Shown here: positions 1-8,881 of the stretch, piece after piece
Layout: every line of letters begins with the position of its first letter
How positions within the stretch are numbered: the first letter of the stretch is position 1
Assembly (NCBI GenBank): GCA_963765575.1
Contig: CAVXWZ010000004.1
Coordinates: 6,477-70,476 of the forward strand
Source: an uncultured cyanobacterium
GTDB taxonomy: Bacteria; Cyanobacteriota; Cyanobacteriia; PCC-6307; Cyanobiaceae
Direction: 5' to 3'
Length of the DNA stretch: 64,000 nucleotides
Notes under the pieces: generated by a model
What the model saw: the letters and a program-made list of their open reading frames with translations, nothing else
Databases searched by the model: none
Told to the model about the DNA's origin: nothing
Position numbers and translations under genes: made by a program

Positions 1-1213
1 GCTCGCCGAAGTGGCGCAGCAGCACCTGCCGCCGGCAGCCCACCGCCTCGCTGAAGGCGATCAGGGCCTCGAGCTTGCCGTGCTCGATCCGCTTCTGTTC
101 CTCGCTGGCGCCCGAGTCATCGATGAAGCGGCGCAGCTGGGGCACATCCCCCGGCCCATGCACCATCCAGGCCACCGCCGGCAGGCCGTCGCGCCCGCCC
201 CGGCCCGTTTCCTGGTAATAGGCCTCCAGGCTCTTGGGCAGATCCACGTGGGCCACGAAGCGCACGTCGGGTTTGTCGATGCCCATGCCGAAGGCGATCG
301 TGGCCACCACCACCACGGCGCTGCCGGTGCGGAAGCGCTGCAGGGCGGCGCGGCGCTGCTCACTGCCCAGGCCGGCGTGATAAGCCACCGCGTCAAACCC
401 GGCGGCCCGCAGCTCGGTGGCCAGCTTGTCCACCCGGCTGCGCGAGCGGGCATAGACAATCCCGGCCTCGCCGCTGTGCTCGGCCAGAAAGTCCAGCAAC
501 TGGCGGCTGGCCTGCTCCTTGGCACGCAACAGATAACGGATGTTGGGCCGATCGAAGCTGGCCAGGAACACCTGGCCGCTCTCCAGATGCAGCCGCTCGA
601 TGATCTCGGCCCGGGTGCGCGGATCGGCGGTGGCGGTGAGGGCCAGCCGTGGCACCGCGGGGAAGCGCTCCGCCAGCACCGCCAGCTGGATGTAGTCGGG
701 CCGGAAGTCATGGCCCCATTGCGACACGCAGTGGGCCTCGTCGATCGCAAACAGGGCCAGGGGCTGGGGGCCGCCCAGTGCCGCCAGCCGCTCCAGCAGA
801 TCGCCGCCCAGCAGCCGCTCCGGTGACACGTAGAGCAGATCCAGTTCGCCGCGGCCCAGCCGGCGCCAGAGCGCCGCCCCCTGGCCGGCCTCCAGGCCCG
901 AGTGCAGGGCTGCGGCCCGCACCCCCAGCTGCAGCAGGGCCTCCACCTGGTCGTCCATCAGGGCGATCAGCGGTGACACCACCACCGCCAGGCCCGGCCG
1001 GCAGAGGGCCGGCACCTGGTAACAGAGGGATTTACCGCCGCCGGTGGGCATCAGCACCAGCCCGGAGCCGCCAGCAATCACGTGGCGCACGATCGCCTCC
1101 TGGGGACCGCGGAAGGCGGGGTAGCCCCACACCTCCCGCAGCACCTCCCCGGGCTCGCGGGTGCTGGGCGCGGCGGCGGCCGACGCCGTTGGGGACTGGG
1201 GCTGGACGCTCAC
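1..1213 (-). CDS. recQ: ATP-dependent DNA helicase RecQ, N-terminal ~404 codons (3' end beyond the left window edge)
   Basis: Own minus-strand translation from GTG at 1213: [29 protein letters not shown] (Walker A, ~1020-1060), [15 protein letters not shown] (DEAH box, 704-748), [12 protein letters not shown] (2-37). The frame stays open to position 1, so it is absent from the ORF track. Confidence 0.9.
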   Translation of the reverse strand, partial: MSVQPQSPTASAAAAPSTREPGEVLREVWGYPAFRGPQEAIVRHVIAGGSGLVLMPTGGGKSLCYQVPALCRPGLAVVVSPLIALMDDQVEALLQLGVRAAALHSGLEAGQGAALWRRLGRGELDLLYVSPERLLGGDLLERLAALGGPQPLALFAIDEAHCVSQWGHDFRPDYIQLAVLAERFPAVPRLALTATADPRTRAEIIERLHLESGQVFLASFDRPNIRYLLRAKEQASRQLLDFLAEHSGEAGIVYARSRSRVDKLATELRAAGFDAVAYHAGLGSEQRRAALQRFRTGSAVVVVATIAFGMGIDKPDVRFVAHVDLPKSLEAYYQETGRGGRDGLPAVAWMVHGPGDVPQLRRFIDDSGASEEQKRIEHGKLEALIAFSEAVGCRRQVLLRHFGE

Positions 1214-1266
1214 GCGGCGATGGTCCGGCGGGCATCTCCCACAATGGCGCTGTACGGCCCGCCGCG

Positions 1267-2151
1267 ATGCCCCTGTCCTCCTCCCGTACCGCCACCGCCT
1301 GGGGCTTCCTCGCCCCCGCCCTGCTGCTGATCGGTCTGTCGGTGCTGATCCCGGCGGCGATGGCGCTGGTGATGAGCTTCAGCCAGGCCGGCCTCGATGT
1401 CAGCGAACCGCTGAAGTTCGTGGGCCTGGCCAACTACCGGCGCCTGCTGTCCGATCCGATGTTCGCCCGGGTGAGCCTCACCACTTTCACCTATCTGGTG
1501 GGGGTGGTGCCGCCGATCGTGCTTGGTGCCCTGGCCCTGGCGGTGCTGGTCAACCGCTCCCTGCCGGGCATCCACCTGTTCCGGGGTGCCTTCTACACGC
1601 CGGTGCTGGTGTCGATCGTGGTGGCGGCCATCGCCTTCCGCTGGCTCTATGGCGAAAACGGCCTCATCAACGGCTGGCTCGGTGCCCTGCTCGGCGACCG
1701 CTTCACGCCCATCGGCTTCCTCACCTCGCCGCTGCTGGCCCTGCCGGCGGTGATGTTGGTGACCCTCTGGAAGGGCCTCGGCTACTACATGGTGATCTTC
1801 CTGGCGGGCCTGCAGGGCATCGCTCCGGAGCTCTACGAGGCCGCCTCCATCGATGGCAGCGAGGGCTGGCGCAAACACCTCGACATCACCCTGCCGCTGC
1901 TGCGGCCCTACATCACCCTGGTGGGGGTGATCTCTGCCATCGCCGCCACCAAGGTGTTCGAGGAGGTGTTCCTGATGACCCAGGGCGGCCCGGCTGACGC
2001 CACCCGCACGATCGTCTACTACGTCTACGAGCAGGCCTTCACCGAGCTGGAGATCAGTTATGCCTGCACGGTGGGCCTGGCCCTGTTCATGGCGGTGCTG
2101 CTGCTGAGCCTGGTGCGCTACGTCTTCGCCGGTGATCGTGGCCTGACCTGA
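1267..2151 (+). CDS. ABC sugar-type transporter permease (MalF/UgpA-like)
   Basis: Inner ATG of track ORF 649..2151. Multi-TM protein with EAA-loop-like [24 protein letters not shown]. The upstream 200 codons of the track ORF are Pro/Arg/Gly junk overlapping recQ. Confidence 0.85.
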   Translation: MPLSSSRTATAWGFLAPALLLIGLSVLIPAAMALVMSFSQAGLDVSEPLKFVGLANYRRLLSDPMFARVSLTTFTYLVGVVPPIVLGALALAVLVNRSLPGIHLFRGAFYTPVLVSIVVAAIAFRWLYGENGLINGWLGALLGDRFTPIGFLTSPLLALPAVMLVTLWKGLGYYMVIFLAGLQGIAPELYEAASIDGSEGWRKHLDITLPLLRPYITLVGVISAIAATKVFEEVFLMTQGGPADATRTIVYYVYEQAFTELEISYACTVGLALFMAVLLLSLVRYVFAGDRGLT

Positions 2152-2192
2152 ACGCCTTCGCCGCTGGCCTGAACCCAGCCGGCCTCTAGCCT

Positions 2193-2228
2193 CGGCCCAT
2201 GGTTCAGCCCCGGCCCATGGTTCAGCCC
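2193..2228. repeat. Perfect 18-bp tandem duplication (cggcccatggttcagccc x2)
   Basis: Read directly. It produces the doubled MVQPRP at the head of the purK ORF. Confidence 0.9.
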
Positions 2229-3578
2229 CGGCCTGCCGCCCGTAGCTCCAGCGCCGCCCCCGGCTTCCCGGCCAGCGCTTCCCAGGCCAGCGGCCCTGAT
2301 GCTGCCGGCCGGCCGCTGCCCCCGATCGGCGTGGTGGGTGGCGGCCAGCTGGCCTGGATGCTGGCGGCGGCGGCGCGGGAGCTCAACCAGCCACTGCTGG
2401 TGCAGACGCCCAACGCCGATGACCCCGCCACGCGCCTGGCCAGCGATGTGATCCGCGCTGAGGTGCGCGATCTGGAGGGCACCCGGCGCCTGGCCGAGCG
2501 CTGCAGCGCCATCACCTTTGAAAACGAATGGGTCGATCTGCCGGCCCTGGCCCCGCTGGCGGCCGAGGGGGTGTGCTTCGTGCCCAGCCTCGCTGCCCTG
2601 CAGCCGCTGGTCTGCAAGCGCAGCCAGCGCGAGTTGCTGCGGCGCCTGAATCTGCCCTCGCCGCCCTGGTTGCCCCTCGCCGAGTTGCTGGTCCACGGAG
2701 CTGCGGCGGAGCAGCACCGTCGGGCGGGGGATTGGTCCCCGGAGCAGGCCGCAGAGCCCGCCAGCGAGGAGCCGCTGCTGCGGCCGGGCTGGAGGTTTCC
2801 GCTGATGGCCAAGGCCGCCTCCGGCGGCTACGACGGCAAGGGCACCGCCCTGCTGCGCGATCAGAGTGATCTCGACGCCCTGCTGGAGCGGGTGGACCCG
2901 GACCAGTGGCTCGTTGAGACCGTGGTGGAGTTTGAGCAGGAGCTCTCCCAGCTCGCCTGCCGCGACCGCGCCGGCCGGGTGCTCTGCTATCCGCTGGTGC
3001 GCACCCACCAGCACCAGCGGGTGTGCGACTGGGTGCTGGCCCCCGCTCCGGTGTCCCACGCACTGCAGGCCTACGCCCGCAACATCGCCGCCTCCCTGCT
3101 CACCGCCCTCGACTATGTCGGGGTGCTCTCGATCGAGTTCTTCGAGGGCCGCTCCGGCCTGCAGGTGAACGAGATCGCCCCCCGCCCCCACAATTCCGGC
3201 CACGTCACCATCGAGGCGGCCCACACCAGCCAGTTTTCCCAGCAGGCCCGGATCGTGGCCGGCCTGCCCATGGGACCGGTGGAGCTCACGGTGCCTGGCG
3301 CGCTGATGGTGAACCTGCTGGGCTTCGAGGACAGCGACAGCCAGGGCGACGGCAACGGCGCGAGCGATGGCGACAGCGCCTACCGGGCCGAGCGCCGGGC
3401 CCTGGCGGCCCTGCCCCGGGCCAGCGTGCACTGGTATGGCAAGCGGGGTTCCAGCCCCGGCCGCAAGCTGGGCCATGTCACCCTGCTGCTCGATGGCCCG
3501 GACCAGGCCGCGGTGGAGGAGCAGGCCCGCCAGCGATTGCAGGCCGTGCGCGCCCTGTGGCCCCTGTTCTCCCCTTAG
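2199..3578 (+). CDS. purK: N5-carboxyaminoimidazole ribonucleotide synthase (PurK, ATP-grasp)
   Basis: IGVVGGGQLAWMLAAAARELN...ITFENEWVDL...MAKAASGGYDGKGT...NEIAPRPHNSGH...HWYGK...GRKLGHVTL. The true start is uncertain; 2199, 2217 or a later GTG are all possible. Confidence 0.85.
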   Translation: MVQPRPMVQPRPAARSSSAAPGFPASASQASGPDAAGRPLPPIGVVGGGQLAWMLAAAARELNQPLLVQTPNADDPATRLASDVIRAEVRDLEGTRRLAERCSAITFENEWVDLPALAPLAAEGVCFVPSLAALQPLVCKRSQRELLRRLNLPSPPWLPLAELLVHGAAAEQHRRAGDWSPEQAAEPASEEPLLRPGWRFPLMAKAASGGYDGKGTALLRDQSDLDALLERVDPDQWLVETVVEFEQELSQLACRDRAGRVLCYPLVRTHQHQRVCDWVLAPAPVSHALQAYARNIAASLLTALDYVGVLSIEFFEGRSGLQVNEIAPRPHNSGHVTIEAAHTSQFSQQARIVAGLPMGPVELTVPGALMVNLLGFEDSDSQGDGNGASDGDSAYRAERRALAALPRASVHWYGKRGSSPGRKLGHVTLLLDGPDQAAVEEQARQRLQAVRALWPLFSP

Positions 3579-3584
3579 GATTGC

Positions 3585-3775
3585 AACGGACTGCTGTGTT
3601 GGTGACTGCCTTCTACAGTTTTCTGATCTGACTCCCTTTCGACATGGGGGTCTGCAGCGGAAAGCAACGTATACCGGCCTCGTAGCCGGAAACGGCGCCC
3701 CGTCCTTGACCCCCTTCTGGTACTACCAGGTCGAACACTGGGGCAAAACGGCATGGCGGTCCACCCCCTTCCTTG
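3585..3775 (+). ncRNA. ssrS: Candidate 6S RNA (ssrS/ssaA) downstream of purK
   Basis: A 260-nt non-coding, lower-GC gap after purK. It folds as a long imperfect hairpin: 3601-3606/3759-3765, 3607-3610/3750-3753, 3618-3622/3745-3749, 3639-3643/3730-3734, 3646-3652/3708-3714. There are internal hairpins at 3674-3689 and 3717-3729. From memory, the cyanobacterial 6S gene sits next to purK. Ends and strand are not determined. Confidence 0.45.
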
Positions 3776-3840
3776 GCTCACCCCATCGGTTCAGCCCCTT
3801 GCTGCCATCCCCTCCCCCACTCACCGGCCCGGCCCGGGCG

Positions 3841-4323
3841 GTGGCCATCCCGGATCAGCCGGCTCCGAGCGATCCGGAGCAGCTTTTGTCAATTCCGCTG
3901 CGGCAGGCACTCGATCAGCTGTTTGAGCGCGCCCCCTCGCACCTGTTCCCACGGGCCCGCCAGCTCTACTTCCTGAAATATCCCCTGGAGGGTCGTCCCC
4001 AGGACCTCGACGCCTCCCCCCTGGCGGCGCGCTTCCGCACCTTCGTGTTGCGCGACACCACCTGCCTGCCCAGTGAGGGCATGGACGCGCCCCGGCCGAT
4101 CATTCGCATCAATGAACTGGCGGTGGTGCACTGGCAGGCACCCCAGACCAATGGCGACGACTACGCCAGTTACATCCGTCAGTCCTGGCAGCTGGAGCCC
4201 CACGACCTCGAGCTGATCGAGGAGCCATGGTTCCGCGAGGGCGGCGCCTGGGCCCGCCTGCTGCTCACCCGGCGAGCAGCCGCTCCAGCTCCTGCTGCAG
4301 GTGCTCCCGACTCCAGCTCGTGA
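3841..4323 (+). CDS. Hypothetical protein (conserved-looking, no family recognised)
   Basis: Tail of track ORF 3367..4323 with GC3-rich codons: LLSIPLRQALDQLFERAPSHLFPRARQLYFLKYPLEG...IIRINELAVVHWQ. Start is GTG 3841 or TTG 3799. It overlaps the convergent gene 4265-4543 by 59 nt. Confidence 0.5.
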   Translation: MAIPDQPAPSDPEQLLSIPLRQALDQLFERAPSHLFPRARQLYFLKYPLEGRPQDLDASPLAARFRTFVLRDTTCLPSEGMDAPRPIIRINELAVVHWQAPQTNGDDYASYIRQSWQLEPHDLELIEEPWFREGGAWARLLLTRRAAAPAPAAGAPDSSS

Positions 4324-4543
4324 TCACGAACACCTCCTGGGCGCTGCCGCCCCGCCGCGCCACCAGCTTGTGGCCGCCGGTGATGGGGATCGACACGCGC
4401 AGCTTCAGTCCGGGGATCCGGCCCCGCACCCGGCTGATCACGGCTGGCGTCACGGTGCCCACGCCCGGCTGGGCCGCCAGCCGTCTGAGCAGCGGAATCA
4501 GTCCCTCCAGGTAGGTGCTGTGGGTCACCACCACCCGGCCCAT
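4265..4543 (-). CDS. Small conserved cyanobacterial protein (DUF2103-like)
   Basis: Inner ATG (4543) of track ORF 4265..5629: [41 protein letters not shown]...GGHKLVARRGGSAQEVFVIT. Its start overlaps the clpS stop (TGATG). Confidence 0.7.
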   Translation of the reverse strand: MGRVVVTHSTYLEGLIPLLRRLAAQPGVGTVTPAVISRVRGRIPGLKLRVSIPITGGHKLVARRGGSAQEVFVITSWSREHLQQELERLLAG

Positions 4544-4860
4544 CAGGCGGGCTCCAGCGGCGCCATGGTGAGACCCTCGCCCCCCAGCTGCTGGTGGTGG
4601 AGTTCGGCCTGCTCCTGCGGTCCGCACCACACCACCGCCGACCCCTCGCCATCGATGCGGTGGGCCAGATCCCAGGCCTGGTCGCTCTGCATGGCGGGGA
4701 TGAAGCGCACCAGGCACTCCACCACGTGCTGGAAGGTGTTCACGTCGTCGTCCAGCACGACGATCTTGAAATTGGGGTAGGGCTGGCGTGTGCGCTGCCG
4801 CTCGCGCACGGCGGTGGGGCTGGCGGTGGCAGCGCTCGCCAGGGGCAGGGTGCGATGCAT
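4543..4860 (-). CDS. clpS: ATP-dependent Clp protease adaptor ClpS
   Basis: Inner ATG of track ORF 4543..5115: [57 protein letters not shown]. Confidence 0.9.
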   Translation of the reverse strand: MHRTLPLASAATASPTAVRERQRTRQPYPNFKIVVLDDDVNTFQHVVECLVRFIPAMQSDQAWDLAHRIDGEGSAVVWCGPQEQAELHHQQLGGEGLTMAPLEPA

Positions 4861-4924
4861 GGAGGGCCCGCGTCCGTCTGGGGCAGAGCCTAGGTACAGT
4901 GCTGCCACGCCACGACTGCCGCAC

Positions 4925-5026
4925 ATGCTGATCACCCTGGGCTGGGCTTCCCTCGCCGCGCTGTTCAGCTTCTCCATCGCCATGGTGGTGTGGGGCCGCC
5001 ACGGCGACGGCAGCATCAAGTTCTGA
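4925..5026 (+). CDS. petN: Cytochrome b6f complex subunit PetN (33 aa)
   Basis: Inner ATG of track ORF 4790..5026: [33 protein letters not shown], matching the PetN pattern (..LGWA.L..FSFS.AMVVWGR.G). Confidence 0.85.
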   Translation: MLITLGWASLAALFSFSIAMVVWGRHGDGSIKF

Positions 5027-5050
5027 GCACCAGCGGCGGCTGTCCCTTCC

Positions 5051-5416
5051 TTGATTGATCTCCCCGCCAACGGGCTGGCCGTTACCGGCTCCCAGCTGCT
5101 GGCCGGCCTTGCCACGGCCTTGCTTGTCTTCGTCAGCGTCGGGGTGGTCTATCTCTCCGCCGTCGAATGGCGAGACCGCCGTCGGCGCCGCGCTGACGCG
5201 TCGTCCGGCGGCAGCCCCCAGCGACCGCCAGGCAAAGCGAAGTCCGCCAGGACCGCTAAGGACGGCAAGAAGGGCCCGGCAAGCCCGATTCCAAGCCCAC
5301 GTCGCGGGCCTCAGCCGCGTTTGGCCGCCGCCCGTGATCGCCCCGGCGGTGGCAGCGACCCTGGCCCCCTGGGCCTGGCAGGAAGCGGCTGCGGTGCTGG
5401 TGCCGCCGCCCCCTGA
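5051..5416 (+). CDS. Hypothetical small single-TM protein with basic tail
   Basis: Track ORF with TTG start: MIDLPANGLAVTGSQLLAGLATALLVFVSVGVVYLSAVEWRDRRRRR. GC3-rich codons in the first ~60 codons. The 3' part overlaps the likely cofH start region, so the true extent is unclear. Confidence 0.35.
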   Translation: MIDLPANGLAVTGSQLLAGLATALLVFVSVGVVYLSAVEWRDRRRRRADASSGGSPQRPPGKAKSARTAKDGKKGPASPIPSPRRGPQPRLAAARDRPGGGSDPGPLGLAGSGCGAGAAAP

Positions 5417-6596
5417 AGGTGCCGGGGCTCCCTGGGCGCCATGGCCGGCGCCGGCCCTGCTGGAGGCCTTCACGGCCCAGCCGGGGCCAGCACAGTCCTG
5501 GCCAGCACAGTCGGCAGCGGCCGGCCTGGTTCTGGAGCTGCTGCAGCGGCCCTGGCTGGGCAGCGACCTGGAGTCGCTGCGGCGGCAGGCTGACGCCCGG
5601 CGCCGCCAGCTGGTGGGGGACACGGTCACCTACGTGGTCAACCGCAACCTCAACGCCTCCAACCACTGTGTGCAGCACTGCTCGTTCTGTGCCTTTCGCC
5701 GCGATCCCGGTGAGCCCGGCGCCTACTGGCTGGAGCTGGAGGACCTCCAGGAGCGGGCCAGCCAGGCCCAGCAGGCTGGCGCCACCGAGCTGTGTGTGCA
5801 GGGCGGTCTGAATACGGCCGCCCGCCTCCAGGGCAGCCAGCTGGCCTACGCGGAGCGGCTGTTGCGCGCCCTGCTGGAGGCGGCCCCGGGCGTCCATCTG
5901 CATGCCTTTTCACCCCAGGAGCTCGTGTTCTTCGCTGAGCAGGACGGCATTGGCCTCGACGTCGTGCTGGAGCGGCTGCAGGCGGCCGGGCTGGGATCGG
6001 TGCCCGGCACCGCCGCCGAGGTGCTCTCCGAGCGGGTGCGGCGCCTGCTCTGTCCGGAAAAGCTCTCGGCCCGCGCCTGGGTGGCGGCGGTGCTGCAGAT
6101 CCACCGCTTCGGCCTGCCCTCCACCAGCACCCTGATGGCCGGACACATCGAGCAGCCGGCCGACCTGGCGGCCCATCTGCTCACCCTGGTGGGCATTCAG
6201 ACCGCTGCCCGCCGCCGGGGGGTGACGGGCTTCACGGAATTCGTGCTGCTGCCCTTCGTGGGCGAGGCGGCCCCGCCGCCCCTGCGCTCGCGGGTGGGCC
6301 GGGATCAGCCCGATCGGGCGGCGATGCTGCGGCTCACCGCCCAGGCGCGGTTGGTGCTCGGTGCTTGGATCGCGGCCCACCAGCCCAGCTGGGTGAAGCT
6401 CACCCTCGCCGGAGCCACCGAGGCCCTGCGCTGGGGTTGCAACGACCTGGGGGGCACCCTGATGGAGGAGCACATCACCACCATGGCCGGCGCCCGGGGC
6501 GGCACGATCCAGACGCCGGCGGCCCTGGTGGCCGCCGCCGCCAGCCTCGGCCGCGCGGCTTGCCAGCGCACCACCCTCTACGGGCTGCTGCCATGA
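5334..6596 (+). CDS. cofH: FO (7,8-didemethyl-8-hydroxy-5-deazariboflavin) synthase subunit CofH, radical SAM
   Basis: Track ORF 5055..6596. VTYVVNRNLNASNHCVQHCSFCAF (CxxxCxxC) ...NDLGGTLMEEHITTMAGARGG...QRTTLY. The first ~90 codons of the track ORF have poor codon bias. GTG 5334 is the proposed start but is not certain. Confidence 0.85.
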   Translation: MIAPAVAATLAPWAWQEAAAVLVPPPPEGAGAPWAPWPAPALLEAFTAQPGPAQSWPAQSAAAGLVLELLQRPWLGSDLESLRRQADARRRQLVGDTVTYVVNRNLNASNHCVQHCSFCAFRRDPGEPGAYWLELEDLQERASQAQQAGATELCVQGGLNTAARLQGSQLAYAERLLRALLEAAPGVHLHAFSPQELVFFAEQDGIGLDVVLERLQAAGLGSVPGTAAEVLSERVRRLLCPEKLSARAWVAAVLQIHRFGLPSTSTLMAGHIEQPADLAAHLLTLVGIQTAARRRGVTGFTEFVLLPFVGEAAPPPLRSRVGRDQPDRAAMLRLTAQARLVLGAWIAAHQPSWVKLTLAGATEALRWGCNDLGGTLMEEHITTMAGARGGTIQTPAALVAAAASLGRAACQRTTLYGLLP

Positions 6597-8143
6597 CGTG
6601 GTCGCCCCCTGCCCTGCGCCTCCCGGCCATGCCGCTGAAGGTCACGGCGCTGGTGACCGCGCTGCTGCTGGCCGCTCCGGCCCTGGTGCTGCTGCGCATG
6701 CCCCGGCCGCGGGCCGAGGGCCTGGGGCGGCTGCTGACCCATGCCGCTCTGCTGCAAAGCTTTCCCGCCGCGCCAGATCGGCAGCCGCCGCCGCTCTGGG
6801 ACCAGCGCCTCGACGCACCCACCGCCCGGCTGCTCTGGCGCCAGCAGCGCCAGCTCTGGTGGCAGTTCTGGAGCCACGATGAGGCGGGTGGGGCCTACCT
6901 GGCGATGCCCCTGCCACGCCAGATCCGGGTCGGGGCGATGGCACCTCCCCCCCACAGCCTCCAGATCGACGGCCTGCTGGTGGTGTCCTCCGGACCGCTG
7001 GCCAAGCGCTTCCTGGAGGACCAGCTGGTGCAGGCCAGCCGCCGCCCGGAAGGCCTGCGCCAACGCTGCCTGGTGATGCTGGAACGTGAGCCCGGCGCCT
7101 TCTGGAGCGCCCGCGGTCTGGAGGCCATGGCCGCCCCCATCGCTCCGCTGCTGCAGGCCCTTCAGGAGGGCTGCGTGGCCCTCGAGCTGGAGCCCGGCGA
7201 GCTGTTGTTCAGTGGCGAAGCCGGCCGCGACGGAGACTTGCCCAGCCCTCCACAACCCGCAGCCCAGCCGCCCGCAGCCCAGCCGACCGCCCCAGCACGG
7301 CCGGGTGCTGGGGCCACCGAACTGCCCGAGCCCATCGGCGAAGGGCTGCTGCTGCGCCTCCATGGCCGTTCCCTCGACCTGCTGCTGGACGGTCTGCTCA
7401 GCCGCGCTGAAGTGCGTGAGGCGGTCCAGTCGGTGTATGGCCTCGGCGAGGCCGAGCTGGCCCTGCTGCGCAACACGCCCTTCGAGCTGCGGCTGCGCCC
7501 CCAGCTCGCCGGCCCCTTCCAGGCTGGCCTGGAGCTGTCGCTGTTGGTGCAGGGAGACCCGGCCCCCTGGATTGCCATCCTCGACGGCCTCAGCGACCGC
7601 CTGCGCGCCAGGGCTCTGGTGCAGGATCCGGCCCAGGAGAGCAGCAGCGGTGAGGCCACCTGGCGCGAGGCCACCTGGCGGGACGCCGAGGGGCGGGAGG
7701 TGGGTGGTTGGCGCTGGCTGCTGAAACCGGATGCTTCACCGCAGCTGCTGCTCTTCCTCGGACCCCAACCGGAGACCATGGCTGCGATTTCCGATGGCGC
7801 TGCCCTCGCGGCCCTCGAGAGGCTGCCGCTGCTGAGCCTGCAGGTGCGGCCCCAGGCCCTCGCCGCCCTCAACCTGCTCCCCGGTCAGCTGCCTCTGCCC
7901 CTGCTGCAGGCCCGTCAGCTGTTGTTGGTGGCCGACGACGGTCCGTCCGATGGGCCAGAGGGCGCCAAGGGCATCAGTCAGCTGTGGGGGCGTCTGCAGC
8001 TTGGGGATCTGCTGCCGATTCAGCCCCCGACTCCGGCGCCGTCTCTGCCCCCGACGGGGCAGGCCCCTCCTGGGCCACAGCCGTCGCCGCCGCCTCAGCC
8101 TCAGTCGCCGCCTTCGCCTCAGCCTCAGCCGCCGCCGCCGTGA
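6593..8143 (+). CDS. Hypothetical membrane-anchored protein with Pro-rich C-terminus
   Basis: Inner ATG 6593 overlaps the cofH stop (ATGA). MTWSPPALRLPAMPLKVTALVTALLLAAPALVLL is a TM segment. The tail is PPTPAPSLPPTGQAPPGPQPSPPPQPQSPPSPQPQPPPP. In-frame 15-bp tandem duplications at 7257-7286 and 7652-7681. Confidence 0.6.
   Translation: MTWSPPALRLPAMPLKVTALVTALLLAAPALVLLRMPRPRAEGLGRLLTHAALLQSFPAAPDRQPPPLWDQRLDAPTARLLWRQQRQLWWQFWSHDEAGGAYLAMPLPRQIRVGAMAPPPHSLQIDGLLVVSSGPLAKRFLEDQLVQASRRPEGLRQRCLVMLEREPGAFWSARGLEAMAAPIAPLLQALQEGCVALELEPGELLFSGEAGRDGDLPSPPQPAAQPPAAQPTAPARPGAGATELPEPIGEGLLLRLHGRSLDLLLDGLLSRAEVREAVQSVYGLGEAELALLRNTPFELRLRPQLAGPFQAGLELSLLVQGDPAPWIAILDGLSDRLRARALVQDPAQESSSGEATWREATWRDAEGREVGGWRWLLKPDASPQLLLFLGPQPETMAAISDGAALAALERLPLLSLQVRPQALAALNLLPGQLPLPLLQARQLLLVADDGPSDGPEGAKGISQLWGRLQLGDLLPIQPPTPAPSLPPTGQAPPGPQPSPPPQPQSPPSPQPQPPPP
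7257..7286. repeat. 15-bp tandem duplication (ccgcagcccagccgc / ccgcagcccagccga), in frame
   Basis: Read directly; encodes AQPPAAQP. Confidence 0.85.
7652..7681. repeat. 15-bp tandem duplication (gaggccacctggcgc / gaggccacctggcgg), in frame
   Basis: Read directly; encodes EATWREATWR. Confidence 0.85.
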
Positions 8144-8807
8144 GTCCGGCCTGCTTGCGTTCGCGCTTGCGGCGCTCGGCCGCCACCGTTTCCTCCATCA
8201 GCTCCACGGCCTGGGCCAGTTTCTCGAGGTTGCTGGCATAGATGCTGAGGTCCTTGTCCAGGCGGTCGCGCAGCAGGCCCATGGCCTCGCCGAGCTCGTG
8301 GGCCGACTGACGCAGGGCGGCCGCATCCTTGGTGTCAGACCCCTGGGCCTTCTCCAGCAGGCTGAGCAGGCCCACGGCCACCAGCCGGGAGTAGTGGAAG
8401 TCGGGACGGCGCACATTGGCCAGGGCGCTGGCCACCGGCTCCGGTGCTCCCTGGCCCTGGGCGGCAATCCACTCGGTCACCTCGTCCACGCTGTGGTGGC
8501 CCATGGCGGCCATGGCGGCGTCGCGCTGCTGGCGCAGCTGGTCGGCGTCGAAGCCGGAGGCGCTGCAGAGTGCGGCCAGCAGCGACTGGCGATGCTCATC
8601 GGGCCGGTAGCCGCGGGAAAAGCTGTCGAACACCTGGATCAGCCCGCAGGCGAACAGGGAATCGCTCTGGAATCCCCGCTGGCGGCTGAGCAGGTGCAGC
8701 TCCACCAGCAGTTCATCCACCATGCGCCGGTGGATCGGCGCGATCACGTGGGGGAAAGCGCGGTGGAAGGCGCGCTTGCTGTCGGAGACGGTGAGGGCTG
8801 CGCTCAC
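7974..8807 (-). CDS. thf1: Thylakoid formation protein Thf1 / Psb29
   Basis: MSAALTVSDSKRAFHRAFPHVIAPIHRRMVDELLVELHLLS...DFHYSRLVAVGLLSLLE. Ala/Glu-rich tail. The last 170 nt overlap the convergent ORF 6593..8143. Confidence 0.9.
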   Translation of the reverse strand: MSAALTVSDSKRAFHRAFPHVIAPIHRRMVDELLVELHLLSRQRGFQSDSLFACGLIQVFDSFSRGYRPDEHRQSLLAALCSASGFDADQLRQQRDAAMAAMGHHSVDEVTEWIAAQGQGAPEPVASALANVRRPDFHYSRLVAVGLLSLLEKAQGSDTKDAAALRQSAHELGEAMGLLRDRLDKDLSIYASNLEKLAQAVELMEETVAAERRKRERKQAGLTAAAAEAEAKAATEAEAAATAVAQEGPAPSGAETAPESGAESAADPQAADAPTAD

Positions 8808-8881
8808 GCTGCTCGGCTGTGGATGGAGCGACCCTAGCCGCCCGCGCTCAGTAGGATCGGCCCAGCGATCTGACGAGACCT

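Noticed and set aside
649-1266. 200-codon extension upstream of the sugar ABC permease
   Set aside because: It is Pro/Arg/Gly-rich junk overlapping the recQ 5' region. The permease begins sensibly at ATG 1267.
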